The position numbers and the translations under genes were made by a program. The notes under the pieces are model-generated. The model made no database searches. It was not told the origin of the DNA and saw nothing but the letters and a program-made list of their open reading frames with translations. Shown one piece after another: positions 26,947 to 35,365 of a DNA stretch of 45,558 bases. Every line of letters begins with the position of its first letter. Within the stretch, counting starts at the first letter, position 1. Origin of the DNA: an uncultured Nitrospiraceae bacterium (lineage in GTDB: Bacteria; Nitrospirota; Nitrospiria; Nitrospirales; Nitrospiraceae); assembly GCA_964373365.1 (NCBI GenBank), contig CAYJUP010000002.1, positions 631-46,188 of the forward strand. The letters are read 5' to 3'.

Positions 26947-29667
26947 CTACTCGTGCCGGAGCACTGTCAATGGGCGCTGTCCCAGAAGGCGGAAGGTGCT
27001 GAGGAAGCCCACGAGGAGAGACAGGATCACTGTCAGTACGAGGCCGGTCGCCAAGATACGTGGTTGGAGTGTCCAGGGAAGATCCAGGATGAAGTGCAGC
27101 ACGGCCCAGGAGAGCGCGCTGGCGAGCACGATCCCGATGAGGCCGGCCACCGCGCCCAGCAGGGCATATTCGACCGCAAACGACCGTGCGACCAAGCCGC
27201 GGGTTGCCCCTAAAGCCTTCAGCACGACCGACTCGTAGAGACGCCTGTAACGCGTGGCGGCGAGGGCTGCGGCCATGACGATCGCGCCGGCCAGCATGCA
27301 GAAGACCGCAATCGCCCGGATGGCCAGCGCGAGGCGGTCCAGGATACGGGCGAAGCTGTCCAGCACATCGCCGATGTTAATGGCGGTGACGTTCGGAAAC
27401 GAAGCCACCACTGCTTGCTGCAGCGGGACCTCTTGCTCCAATGGCATACGCACGGTTGCCACGTAAGTAAACGGCGCACCCTCCAGCGCCCCCGGTGAGA
27501 GAATCATGTAAAAGTTCGTCGAGAAGTTTCCCCACTCCACCTTCCGGATGCTGCTCACCTCCGCCGTGACCGTCGCGCCCTGAATCTCAAACTCGATTGA
27601 GGAGCCTACATCCACACCCAGGTTGTGAGCTGCGTCCTCCTCGATTGAGACGAGCGGCTGATTGAACTCCTGGCCCGGCTCCCACCAGTCGCCCTTGATC
27701 ACGGTGTTGTCTTTCGGCAGATGTTGGAGGAAGGTCAGGACATATTCGCGGGAGAGATACCAGTTCTTGCGCTTGTCCTGGTGCTTGCCCGACGCCAGCG
27801 CTCGTGCCTCATCAGTCTGAATCGGCTGTCCGTTGATTGCGCGTAGGCGCGAGCGGACCAGCGGGGTTGCCTGCGGCATGGGATCTGCCGTCCGGTCATG
27901 GATCAGGCGCAGGAAGGCGTCCTTCTGGTCCGGCTGGATATCAATAAAGAAGAATGATGGCGAGTCAAGGGGACGGCTCTCCCCGACCTGGTTCACCAAC
28001 GAACGCTCCAGGATCGAGACTGCCACGATGACCATGACGCCGATCCCCACTGATACCATCACGCCGACGGCTTGACTCCCGGGCCGATGCAGGTTGCCGA
28101 TCGCATGACGGATGGCGAGCGAACGGGGGCCGGGAAGCGCCTTGAGAACACGGACCAGGAGCAACGCCGCGAGCGTGAGCGAAGCCACTGCGGCGGCCAG
28201 CGCGCCGATAAACAGCAACCCAATCCGCCACGAGCCGGCTTGCCAGATGGCCAGGCCCGCTAACCCCACCGCAATGCCCAGGGCCGTCAGCACGCGCAGG
28301 GGGTCGGCGGTCCATAAACCCTGTCGTCCGCTCAATGTCCAAACTGGAGAGCCTGCTCTCGTCGCTGTGTCAGATGGCTGCACCTCTCGCCGAAAAATGC
28401 GCGAGGGGCTGATCTCGCGGATGCCCAGCAAGGGCCAGAGCGTAAAGAGCAGCGTGGTCAGGACGCCCAGCGCGATCCCTTTCAGCATGGGGAGCACAGA
28501 CGACAGGCTCAGGGCGCTCGTAAACTCAAGCTGCGCCATCAGGTCGGCACCGAACAAGCCGGTCACAAGCGGCGGCATGGCGTGCTGGAGGCTTGCTCCC
28601 ATCGCAGCGCCGGCCAGGCTCCCAATCAGGCCAAGCAGCAGGGCTTGCAGCAGATACGTCCGGACGACTGTGCCCGAATCCGCGCCCACTGTTTTCAGGA
28701 TTGCGATCGTGTGTAGCTTCTCGCGCAGGAAGGCCTGAATGGTGGTGGCGACGCCGATGCCGCCGACGAACAGCGCGGTCAGCCCGATCAGGCCGAGGTA
28801 GCGCGTGAGCTGATCCAGGAATTGCTTGAGCTGCGGCTGCGCCTCGCGATAGATGGTGACGCGGGCGGACTCGCCGGCCAGGCGGCCGCGCAGCTCGTAC
28901 AGCAACGGCTGCGCTGCCATGGACGGCGGCAGCTTCAGCAGATACCGTTCGCGGACGCGGCTGCCTGGTTTTATCAACTCCGCTGCGGCCAGCCCTTCGC
29001 GCGAGACCATCACGCGCGGCCCCAGGTTGAAGGGGCCCGCCACGCGGTCCGGTTCCTTGCGCAGGATGCCGGTGATCGTGAAGACGGCCTCGCCGACCTT
29101 GACGCGATGGCCGACCGACAAGCCCAGCCGGATCAGCAGCGATTCCTGAACAACCGCACCGAAACAGGTGCCGTGAGGCGTGAGGCGTAAGGCGTGAGGC
29201 GTTGGGATAGGTATGCGGGGAGTGCCGTGAGGCTCAGCACAAGCCGAAGCGGGAGGCGTGAGCAACTCGGGCAGCGGCCGGTCGGGTTCAAGTCGCAAGA
29301 CACCATAGAACGGATAGCCAGCCTCGACCGCCTTGAGCTCAACAATCTGCGTCTGTTGCGTCCGTCCGCCATCCGCGATCACCGCCATGCCCGCCAATTC
29401 GCTCACATGTATCGTCGCGATCCCACGGCTTGTGAGCGACTGGAGCACTGTCTCCCCTTTCTCGCTCATGGGGCGCGACAGGCGGACCTCCAGATCGCCA
29501 GCCATCAGGCCGCGTGCTTCGCGCGTGACGGCCCGCTCAACATTGGCCGAGAACAGGGCGACGCCCACCAGCGCGCCGACACCCAAGGCGATGCAGACGA
29601 AGAAATAGAGGAAGTGGCGCCACGCCGCGCGCGTTTCCCGCCAGGCCATCCTCAGTGAAAATAGCAT
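26947..29667 (-). CDS. ybbP: FtsX-family ABC transporter permease, YbbP-like (duplicated FtsX domains)
   Basis: 906 aa with multiple TM segments and two FtsX-type 4-TM modules. It lies directly downstream of the ABC ATPase gene (4-nt gap). Confidence 0.85.
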   Translation of the reverse strand: MLFSLRMAWRETRAAWRHFLYFFVCIALGVGALVGVALFSANVERAVTREARGLMAGDLEVRLSRPMSEKGETVLQSLTSRGIATIHVSELAGMAVIADGGRTQQTQIVELKAVEAGYPFYGVLRLEPDRPLPELLTPPASACAEPHGTPRIPIPTPHALRLTPHGTCFGAVVQESLLIRLGLSVGHRVKVGEAVFTITGILRKEPDRVAGPFNLGPRVMVSREGLAAAELIKPGSRVRERYLLKLPPSMAAQPLLYELRGRLAGESARVTIYREAQPQLKQFLDQLTRYLGLIGLTALFVGGIGVATTIQAFLREKLHTIAILKTVGADSGTVVRTYLLQALLLGLIGSLAGAAMGASLQHAMPPLVTGLFGADLMAQLEFTSALSLSSVLPMLKGIALGVLTTLLFTLWPLLGIREISPSRIFRREVQPSDTATRAGSPVWTLSGRQGLWTADPLRVLTALGIAVGLAGLAIWQAGSWRIGLLFIGALAAAVASLTLAALLLVRVLKALPGPRSLAIRHAIGNLHRPGSQAVGVMVSVGIGVMVIVAVSILERSLVNQVGESRPLDSPSFFFIDIQPDQKDAFLRLIHDRTADPMPQATPLVRSRLRAINGQPIQTDEARALASGKHQDKRKNWYLSREYVLTFLQHLPKDNTVIKGDWWEPGQEFNQPLVSIEEDAAHNLGVDVGSSIEFEIQGATVTAEVSSIRKVEWGNFSTNFYMILSPGALEGAPFTYVATVRMPLEQEVPLQQAVVASFPNVTAINIGDVLDSFARILDRLALAIRAIAVFCMLAGAIVMAAALAATRYRRLYESVVLKALGATRGLVARSFAVEYALLGAVAGLIGIVLASALSWAVLHFILDLPWTLQPRILATGLVLTVILSLLVGFLSTFRLLGQRPLTVLRHE
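29170..29233. repeat. Heptad-phased GGC element, copy E, embedded in frame in the ybbP-like CDS
   Basis: Top strand has GTGAGGC GTGAGGC GTAAGGC GTGAGGC with GGC at 29177, 29184, 29191 and 29198, plus GTGAGGC again at 29227-29233. It is translated on the minus strand as PRIPIPTPHALRLTPHGT. Confidence 0.7.
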
Positions 29668-29671
29668 CGCG

Positions 29672-30349
29672 CTAGCGTCCTGTTTGTTTGTCCGATTCGA
29701 TCCGGCCGTCGCGGAGGGAGATGATCCGTTCCGCGTAGGCGGCCAGCTCTGGATCGTGCGTGACGAGCACCAGCGTGCTGCCGTGATCGCGGTTCAGCGA
29801 CAGGAGCAGGTCAATGACCTGGCGGCCGGTGGCGGAGTCGAGATTGCCGGTGGGTTCGTCCGCCAGCAGGATCGGCGGACGGCAGGCGAAGGCGCGGGCC
29901 ACCGCCACGCGCTGTTGCTCGCCCCCGGAGAGTTGCACCGGATAATGGTCCTGTCGGTCCTGAAGCCCTACCTCAGCAAGCAGCTCGGCTGCGCGCGCGT
30001 TGGGTTGATCATCGCCGGTCAATTCCAGTGGGACCGCCACATTCTCGAGGGCGGTCAGCGTGGGGATCAGGTGGAAAGACTGAAAGATGTATCCGATCTT
30101 CTGTCTCCGATAGCGGGCCATCTGGTTCTCTGACAGAGTCGTGATCTCCACGCCATCCAGCATGATCGAACCGGCTGTCGGTTTGTCGAGCCCGGCAATC
30201 AATCCCAATAGCGTGGATTTGCCGCTGCCTGATGGTCCCGTGATCGCGACCACCTGTTTCTCGGGCACCTCGAACGTCACGCCTTCCAGGATCGTCACGG
30301 CGTGTCCACCCGCGGTGAGGCGCATCGTGAGATTTCTTACAGTGATCAT
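29672..30349 (-). CDS. ybbA: ABC transporter ATP-binding protein, YbbA/LolD-like
   Basis: 225 aa with Walker [12 protein letters not shown], signature [14 protein letters not shown] and Walker B ILLADEPT. Confidence 0.92.
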   Translation of the reverse strand: MITVRNLTMRLTAGGHAVTILEGVTFEVPEKQVVAITGPSGSGKSTLLGLIAGLDKPTAGSIMLDGVEITTLSENQMARYRRQKIGYIFQSFHLIPTLTALENVAVPLELTGDDQPNARAAELLAEVGLQDRQDHYPVQLSGGEQQRVAVARAFACRPPILLADEPTGNLDSATGRQVIDLLLSLNRDHGSTLVLVTHDPELAAYAERIISLRDGRIESDKQTGR

Positions 30350-30362
30350 GCTCTCTCGCGAT

Positions 30363-30392
30363 TTGGAAAGTGCACCGGTCGAACGGTATTAT
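30363..30392 (+). promoter_or_regulatory. Candidate promoter giving a leaderless tesA-like mRNA
   Basis: TTGGAA (30363-30368), an 18-nt spacer, then TATTAT (30387-30392). Only 5 nt remain before ATG 30398, and no SD is present. Confidence 0.3.
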
Positions 30393-30397
30393 ACTGT

Positions 30398-31183
30398 ATG
30401 GTCTTTCCCATCCCTCATACTATTTCACTCTACGGACGACGAGCGCTCCTAGTTCTAGCGATGATCTCGCTGGGGTTGTTCGGGTGCGAGCCGGCGTCGG
30501 AGCCGGTCTCGTCCCAATCCCCCCCGCCACCGGCGTCCAGCGAACCTCGTGAGGGGTTTGGTCAGCGTTTGGGGACCGATGTCACCGGTCAACCTGGACG
30601 CAGCAGTGACCTGTCGCGTGATGAGCGGCTGCGCATTGTGGCGTTCGGGAATAGTCTGACATCGGGGTTAGGTGTGTCACCGGAAGAAGCCTACCCATCA
30701 CAGCTCCAGCGGAAACTGGATGCAGCCGGCTATCGCTATCGGGTGATCAACGCGGGCGTCAGCGGCGATACGACCGCGGGCGGCGTTCGCCGGGTGGATT
30801 GGGTGCTGCACAACAAGCCGGCAATTGTGATCCTGGAACTGGGCGCCAACGATGGGCTTCGCGGGATTGATCTGCGCGAGACGCGCGCGAACCTCGAACG
30901 AATCATCCAACGGTTGCAGGCCGCCGGCGTGATGGTGGTGCTGGCCGGCATGAAACTCCCTCCGAACTACGGTGCCGACTACACCACACGCTTTGCTGCG
31001 CTCTTCCCGGAATTAGCACGGACGTATCGTTTGAAGCTGATGCCGTTTTTTCTGGAAGGCGTGGCGGCCCGCGAGGCGCTCAATCAGGCCGACGGCATCC
31101 ATCCTACGGAAGCGGGATACCGTGTAATCGTGGATCATCTGCTGAAGACACTGGAGCCCCTGCTGGTCAAGCCAGAGACCTGA
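30398..31183 (+). CDS. tesA: SGNH/GDSL arylesterase-thioesterase lipoprotein, TesA-like
   Basis: The track ORF 30302..31183 would overlap ybbA. ATG 30398 gives a signal/lipobox (LAMISLGLFGC). Block I reads IVAFGNSLTSG, with GANDG and a C-terminal DGIHPT catalytic His. It is divergent from ybbA, as in E. coli. Confidence 0.85.
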   Translation: MVFPIPHTISLYGRRALLVLAMISLGLFGCEPASEPVSSQSPPPPASSEPREGFGQRLGTDVTGQPGRSSDLSRDERLRIVAFGNSLTSGLGVSPEEAYPSQLQRKLDAAGYRYRVINAGVSGDTTAGGVRRVDWVLHNKPAIVILELGANDGLRGIDLRETRANLERIIQRLQAAGVMVVLAGMKLPPNYGADYTTRFAALFPELARTYRLKLMPFFLEGVAAREALNQADGIHPTEAGYRVIVDHLLKTLEPLLVKPET

Positions 31184-31212
31184 GAGGGGGTGTCAGGGAA
31201 CACACCGCCCCG

Positions 31213-31246
31213 CCGCGCGTTGCCGGACCTGATCCGGCAAGCGCGG
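31213..31246. terminator. GC-rich hairpin between convergent genes (possible bidirectional terminator)
   Basis: CCGCGCGTTGCCGGA, a cctga loop, then TCCGGCAAGCGCGG give about 14 bp of stem with one bulge. No U-tract lies on either side. Confidence 0.35.
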
Positions 31247-31288
31247 GAGCAGAGTTGATCGGATGGTTGGAGAAACTCTGAAGAAGGG

Positions 31289-31474
31289 TCAGGACTTTTT
31301 GAAGAAGGTGTCGTAGACGCCGTAACCGAGGACAAGCGCGATCACCGCGTAGTACACGTAGGTGATGCCGCTATAGTCTGGCGGCTTAGCTGCGCCCTCA
31401 CTGGCCAGCGCAAGCGACGCGCTCAAGACGACCAATCCGCAGACGCCCGAGACCTCCGTAAATACTCTTCTCAT
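31289..31474 (-). CDS. Small exported/bitopic membrane protein (hypothetical)
   Basis: I trimmed the track ORF (31289..31597) to ATG 31474 behind AAGGAGGG. The 61-aa product has a signal peptide (SASLALASEG) and a C-terminal TM (ITYVYYAVIALVLGYGVY). Confidence 0.5.
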   Translation of the reverse strand: MRRVFTEVSGVCGLVVLSASLALASEGAAKPPDYSGITYVYYAVIALVLGYGVYDTFFKKS

Positions 31475-31672
31475 GGGAAGGCCCTCCTTGTAAATTGAGG
31501 CCTTGGTGCGAAAACCCAGCCGGCGAACGGCGCGGATTGTACAGAACTTCATGTGCGTCATGCAAGGAGGCAATGCATCGGCCCTGATCGGTCGCACATC
31601 TTCAGCCTTTTCTGGCGCTGCGACCCGCTTCCGGGTACAATCGCTACCCTATCTGATCGGAGAACCGTACAC

Positions 31673-32311
31673 ATGTCGAACTGGGTGGGGATTTGGTTTC
31701 AGTGGGTCCATGACTGGGGATACCCCGGCATTGTTCTTTTGATGGCTCTCGAGAGTTCCGTGGTGCCGATCCCGAGCGAGATTGTCATCCCGCCCGCTGC
31801 CTACTGGGCGGTGCAGGGCCGATACAGCTTCGGTGGGGTGGTGCTGGCCGGCACGCTGGGCAGCTACCTCGGTGCGGCAGCGAGCTACTGGGTGGCACGG
31901 TGGCTGGGCCGACCGTTGCTGGTGCGCTATGGCAACTACGTCTTCTGTCCGGAGGACAAACTCCTGCGTGCGGAGCGCTGGCTCGCGCGCTATGAAGCCG
32001 GGGGGGTCTTTTTCGCCCGACTGGTCCCAGTGGTTCGCCACTTGATCGGCATTCCGGCCGGCATCGTCCGCATGCCATTCGGGCTCTATAGCCTGATGAC
32101 CGTGGTAGGAGCCGCTCTCTGGTGCTGGGTCCTGGCGTGGTTCGGTGGGAATCTGCTGGGCGATCAGCCGGACCTGATCAATGATCCCACCTTGCTCGTC
32201 CAAGTGTTGCGGGAGCGTTCCTGGTTGGTCGGCGGCTTCGCCCTCGTGCTCTGCGCACTGTACGTCCTTGTGATGCGGCTCACGGCCAAGCCCGCTCCTC
32301 CCGCCTCGTGA
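31673..32311 (+). CDS. DedA-family membrane protein
   Basis: Start placed at ATG 31673 (MSNWVGIWFQWVHDWGYPGIVLLMALESSVVPIPSE, the DedA signature), with downstream GVFFARLVPVVRHLIGIPAG. Confidence 0.85.
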   Translation: MSNWVGIWFQWVHDWGYPGIVLLMALESSVVPIPSEIVIPPAAYWAVQGRYSFGGVVLAGTLGSYLGAAASYWVARWLGRPLLVRYGNYVFCPEDKLLRAERWLARYEAGGVFFARLVPVVRHLIGIPAGIVRMPFGLYSLMTVVGAALWCWVLAWFGGNLLGDQPDLINDPTLLVQVLRERSWLVGGFALVLCALYVLVMRLTAKPAPPAS

Positions 32312-32319
32312 GGTTGCCC

Positions 32320-32967
32320 TCAACCTTTGGCGAGGCTTCTCCACAAATACCAGCAGGCGATCGTTTCATAGGGACGCCAGGGTGCGCCGATCTTTCTGAT
32401 CGTGGCCGAGCCGGGAAGTACGCGCAACCTGTATGCCCGCTGGATTGCCTTCTTGATGCCCAAGTCGTCCACCGGCAACACGTCGGGGCGGTTCAGCGAG
32501 AAAATCAAAAACATTTCCGCCGTCCATCGTCCGATGCCCCGAAGCGAGACCAGCGCCGCGATGATTTCCTCGTTGGAGAGCCGCGCGAATCGGCTCGGTT
32601 GAATCCTACCTTCCAGAAATCCCGCCGCCAGGTCTTTCAAGTACGTGGCCTTCTGGCCCGAGAGGCCGACGGCGCGTAACTGGTGCGCCGGCGTCCTTGC
32701 CACCGCGCGGGGCGCGGGACGACGCTGTGCGTACAACGCGACAAAGCGGTTGAAAATGACCTCGGCGACTTTGGTGGAGAGTTGCTGGGAGATGATCGAG
32801 TCGCAGAGGGTTGCGAAGTACTGGCGACGTGGCCTCAGGGTGCACGGTCCCACGCGCGCGATGATTCGGCGCAAGACCGGGTCAACCTTCGTGAGATGAC
32901 TACAGGCAGTGGTATGTGCGTTTCGGTTGATCTTGGCCAGATGCTCGCCGCTGCTGAGCAGGGTCAT
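32320..32967 (-). CDS. HhH-GPD DNA glycosylase (3-methyladenine glycosylase II-like)
   Basis: 215 aa with the helix-hairpin-helix LRGIGRWTAEMFLIF and the catalytic-Asp region PDVLPVDDLGIKKA. Confidence 0.8.
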   Translation of the reverse strand: MTLLSSGEHLAKINRNAHTTACSHLTKVDPVLRRIIARVGPCTLRPRRQYFATLCDSIISQQLSTKVAEVIFNRFVALYAQRRPAPRAVARTPAHQLRAVGLSGQKATYLKDLAAGFLEGRIQPSRFARLSNEEIIAALVSLRGIGRWTAEMFLIFSLNRPDVLPVDDLGIKKAIQRAYRLRVLPGSATIRKIGAPWRPYETIACWYLWRSLAKG

Positions 32968-33040
32968 GGGGTCTTAGAGAGAGCGCCAGCCTACTGCTTC
33001 CGTTGTCATCTCAGAGATGTGTCAGGACGGGGGAAGGTCC

Positions 33041-33068
33041 ATTCAGCATTCAGTGCTCAGCATTCTTC
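33041..33068. repeat. Tandem heptamer (ATTCAGC-type) x4
   Basis: ATTCAGC ATTCAGT GCTCAGC ATTCTTC starts 7 nt downstream of the CDGSH gene stop (33075) on the transcript. Confidence 0.6.
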
Positions 33069-33074
33069 GTGGCT

Positions 33075-33314
33075 TCAGATGCACGAATGGGTCCCGTCAC
33101 AGAACGGCGGCTTTTTCGTGTGTTTGCACCCGCAGAAGGCCACCCGCTTTTTTTCCTTGAACTCGACTTCTTCCGGGGCGAAGGACGTGCCCGTGTGCGA
33201 GCCATCACAGAATGGTTGGGTCTTGGACCGTCCGCACCGACACCAATACACCGTGCCCGGTCCGACTTCCATCACGTAGGGACTGCGTTGAGCGATGACA
33301 ACCTGATCGGCCAT
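33075..33314 (-). CDS. CDGSH iron-sulfur domain protein (two CDGSH motifs)
   Basis: 79 aa with CRCGRSKTQPFCDGSH and CGCKHTKKPPFCDGTH, and an AGGAGG SD. Confidence 0.9.
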   Translation of the reverse strand: MADQVVIAQRSPYVMEVGPGTVYWCRCGRSKTQPFCDGSHTGTSFAPEEVEFKEKKRVAFCGCKHTKKPPFCDGTHSCI

Positions 33315-33333
33315 ATCTTCCTCCTGGATGTAT

Positions 33334-33480
33334 CAGGCTATGGGCTATAGGCGATAGGCTATGGGCGAAGAGTGTACCCGACCAGTTGAGCAAAACACCC
33401 TTCTGAGACGGTCCCAGAGCCATCTCACTTTCTCTCTGTGTTAGCCTCCCTTAGCCCATCGCCCATCGCCTATTGCCCAC
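33334..33480. repeat. Heptad-phased GGC/GCC inverted-repeat element, copy C
   Basis: The left arm has GGC at 33336, 33343, 33350, 33357 and 33364 (five perfect 7-bp steps: AGGCTAT GGGCTAT AGGCGAT AGGCTAT GGGCGAA). The right arm has GCC at 33454, 33461, 33468 and 33475 (also 33444). A ~75-nt spacer separates the arms. Confidence 0.75.
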
Positions 33481-33481
33481 T

Positions 33482-34516
33482 TTATCGGCAACGTCGTGGA
33501 GAGCCGTGGGCGCCGAGGGGCGTCAGCCAGACGTAGTCCGCGATCGCGTCTCGGATGAGTTCGCGGACCTCGTCCACGCGACCGGGCTCGTACGCGGTCA
33601 TGTAGACGGTGGTTTGTCTGACCGGGACGGTCCGTCGTCGCAGGACGCGGTTGGGCACCGGCAACTGGTATTGGACATGGCCTCCGCCCGTATAGCTGAC
33701 GATGGGACCTGCCTGCGGATCCACTCCGTCCTGCGTGCGACCGAGGTGATCGGTGATGGTCTTGGCCATGCCTTCGTCACGAAAGACGGAGGCCTCGTAC
33801 ATGCGTTGGTACGCCTCGTCCGAGAGACCTGCGTGGCAGAGGCGGATCTGTTTGAGGATGATCTCGCGATAGGCCGGTTCGTCGGGGAGCGGTTCGTTCC
33901 GCATTCCCCATCGGCTCATGTCAGGATCAGCGAGGGCCCGATCCAGCCCCTGCGAGGCGACCCGTCGCACCAGCGCCCTCGGCGGGTTTAAGGCGAACAC
34001 CGGGACGTGTCGGTCTCGGGCAAAGCTGATGAGCGGCTCGTAGTCGTCGTAGGCGCCTCCCCAGTTCTCCTCCCAGCGAGCCTCTTGCAGGAAGTGATCC
34101 CGGCCTGTCTCTCGATCCGAGAGATAGCGATCCAGGCCTGCCTGTCCGTCCCATCCGAACATCTCAAGGCCCAACGCCGGCCGCCGACCCTTTGCCAGGA
34201 GCCCCTGGAGAATCCTGAGCGCGGCCTCGACATGGGACCGGTTCCGGTGTTCTTCTCCAAGGTAGATGACGTCTCGAGAGGCAAGGTCGGTGATCCAATC
34301 CTCGACGGCGATTGGGCGACCGGTCCTGGCTTCAAGCACCTGGCCTTCTTGGAACGTCTGGGAAACTGGGCTGTCAACCGACGCAGATTGACGGTCGGCC
34401 GACAGGGGCTCTGTCACACTGACCAGCGTCAGGCTGGCCAGCGGGATCACGACAATCACGAGAAAAGAACGCCCAAACCCTTGACGGGGCCTGGTGCACA
34501 GACTGTGGGAGACCAT
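33482..34516 (-). CDS. ChaN-like (haem-binding/Tiki-fold) periplasmic protein
   Basis: 344 aa with an N-terminal signal/TM and VIYLGEEHRNRSHVEAALRILQGL...LGLEMF, typical of the ChaN / cofactor-haem-binding family. Confidence 0.65.
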   Translation of the reverse strand: MVSHSLCTRPRQGFGRSFLVIVVIPLASLTLVSVTEPLSADRQSASVDSPVSQTFQEGQVLEARTGRPIAVEDWITDLASRDVIYLGEEHRNRSHVEAALRILQGLLAKGRRPALGLEMFGWDGQAGLDRYLSDRETGRDHFLQEARWEENWGGAYDDYEPLISFARDRHVPVFALNPPRALVRRVASQGLDRALADPDMSRWGMRNEPLPDEPAYREIILKQIRLCHAGLSDEAYQRMYEASVFRDEGMAKTITDHLGRTQDGVDPQAGPIVSYTGGGHVQYQLPVPNRVLRRRTVPVRQTTVYMTAYEPGRVDEVRELIRDAIADYVWLTPLGAHGSPRRCR

Positions 34517-34561
34517 TCGCTTTACCTAGCACACCCCTCGCTTCACAGCAAGTCCGCGATC

Positions 34562-34591
34562 TTGACGGGGTGAAGAGGCAGGGGCTATCCT
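34562..34591 (+). promoter_or_regulatory. Candidate promoter of the HDO operon
   Basis: TTGACG (34562-34567), an 18-nt spacer, then TATCCT (34586-34591), ~50 nt upstream of ATG 34640. Confidence 0.35.
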
Positions 34592-34639
34592 CGCTCTTAT
34601 CACTCAGATTTAGGAATCCAACGCAGCGACGGTTATCGA

Positions 34640-35359
34640 ATGCCAGAAAGCTCGACCAGACTCTCCGGCAACCAGTTTCTCGACGGATTGGAGCGCGAGC
34701 TGCGGGCGCTCCCCGTCCACACGAACCCTTTTGTTGAGGCCTTTCAACGAGGTGTGACCAAGGAACAATTGAGGCGCTTCATCAGGCAGTGGTACACCTT
34801 CGGCATCCGCTTTCGGAAGATCCTGATCGGCCTCCTGTACAACCTCTCGGACAAGGATGAGGCTATCGGTCTGGAACTGATGCGGGTGCTCTATTCGGAA
34901 TACGGCCAAGGGGTTCCGGAGAACGTGCATTCCGCGCAGATGTTGCGGCTGGTGGATCGGTTGGGAATCGATCGCCGCCTGCTCGCTCAGGAACGGCTCT
35001 GCCCGGAAGCGCAGGACTATGTCGACACCGTCGGAGAAATTTTCCTGCGCGGTGACCTGCCGTCGGCGCTCGGAGCCTCCTTCGGCATCGAAACGACGGC
35101 CGGCCTGACGTACCGCTATCTGTACAGCGGTCTCCTGACCTTTCCGGACCTCTCCCTCGAAGACATCCGGTTTTTTGAAACCCATCTGTTCGAGGAGCTG
35201 CACCATGGCGACTGGTTGCGGACCGCCGTGGCCGGGTATGCGGATCTGGATGAGCAACGGGACAAGGTTCGTGCCGCCGCGCTGCTGGCCATGGAGAAGT
35301 GGCATGGCCTCTGGCAAGGGATGTATCGGGCGGTCTTGAGCACAGCCCACCCCCGTTGA
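34640..35359 (+). CDS. Heme-oxygenase-like fold, putative di-iron oxidase/oxygenase (iron-containing redox enzyme family)
   Basis: 239 aa, all-helical. Ligand-like spacing is SEYGQG..ENVHSAQM, GIETTAG and ETHLFEELHHGDW. The N-terminus NPFVEAFQRGVTKEQLRRFIRQWY is typical of the PqqC/CADD-like HDO fold. Confidence 0.6.
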   Translation: MPESSTRLSGNQFLDGLERELRALPVHTNPFVEAFQRGVTKEQLRRFIRQWYTFGIRFRKILIGLLYNLSDKDEAIGLELMRVLYSEYGQGVPENVHSAQMLRLVDRLGIDRRLLAQERLCPEAQDYVDTVGEIFLRGDLPSALGASFGIETTAGLTYRYLYSGLLTFPDLSLEDIRFFETHLFEELHHGDWLRTAVAGYADLDEQRDKVRAAALLAMEKWHGLWQGMYRAVLSTAHPR

Positions 35360-35365
35360 GTCCTG

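Noticed and set aside
34517-34639. A Fur box in the ChaN/HDO divergent region
   Set aside because: The best candidate (TTATCACTCAGATTTAGGAATC) matches the GATAATGATAATCATTATC consensus poorly. I could not make a convincing call by eye.
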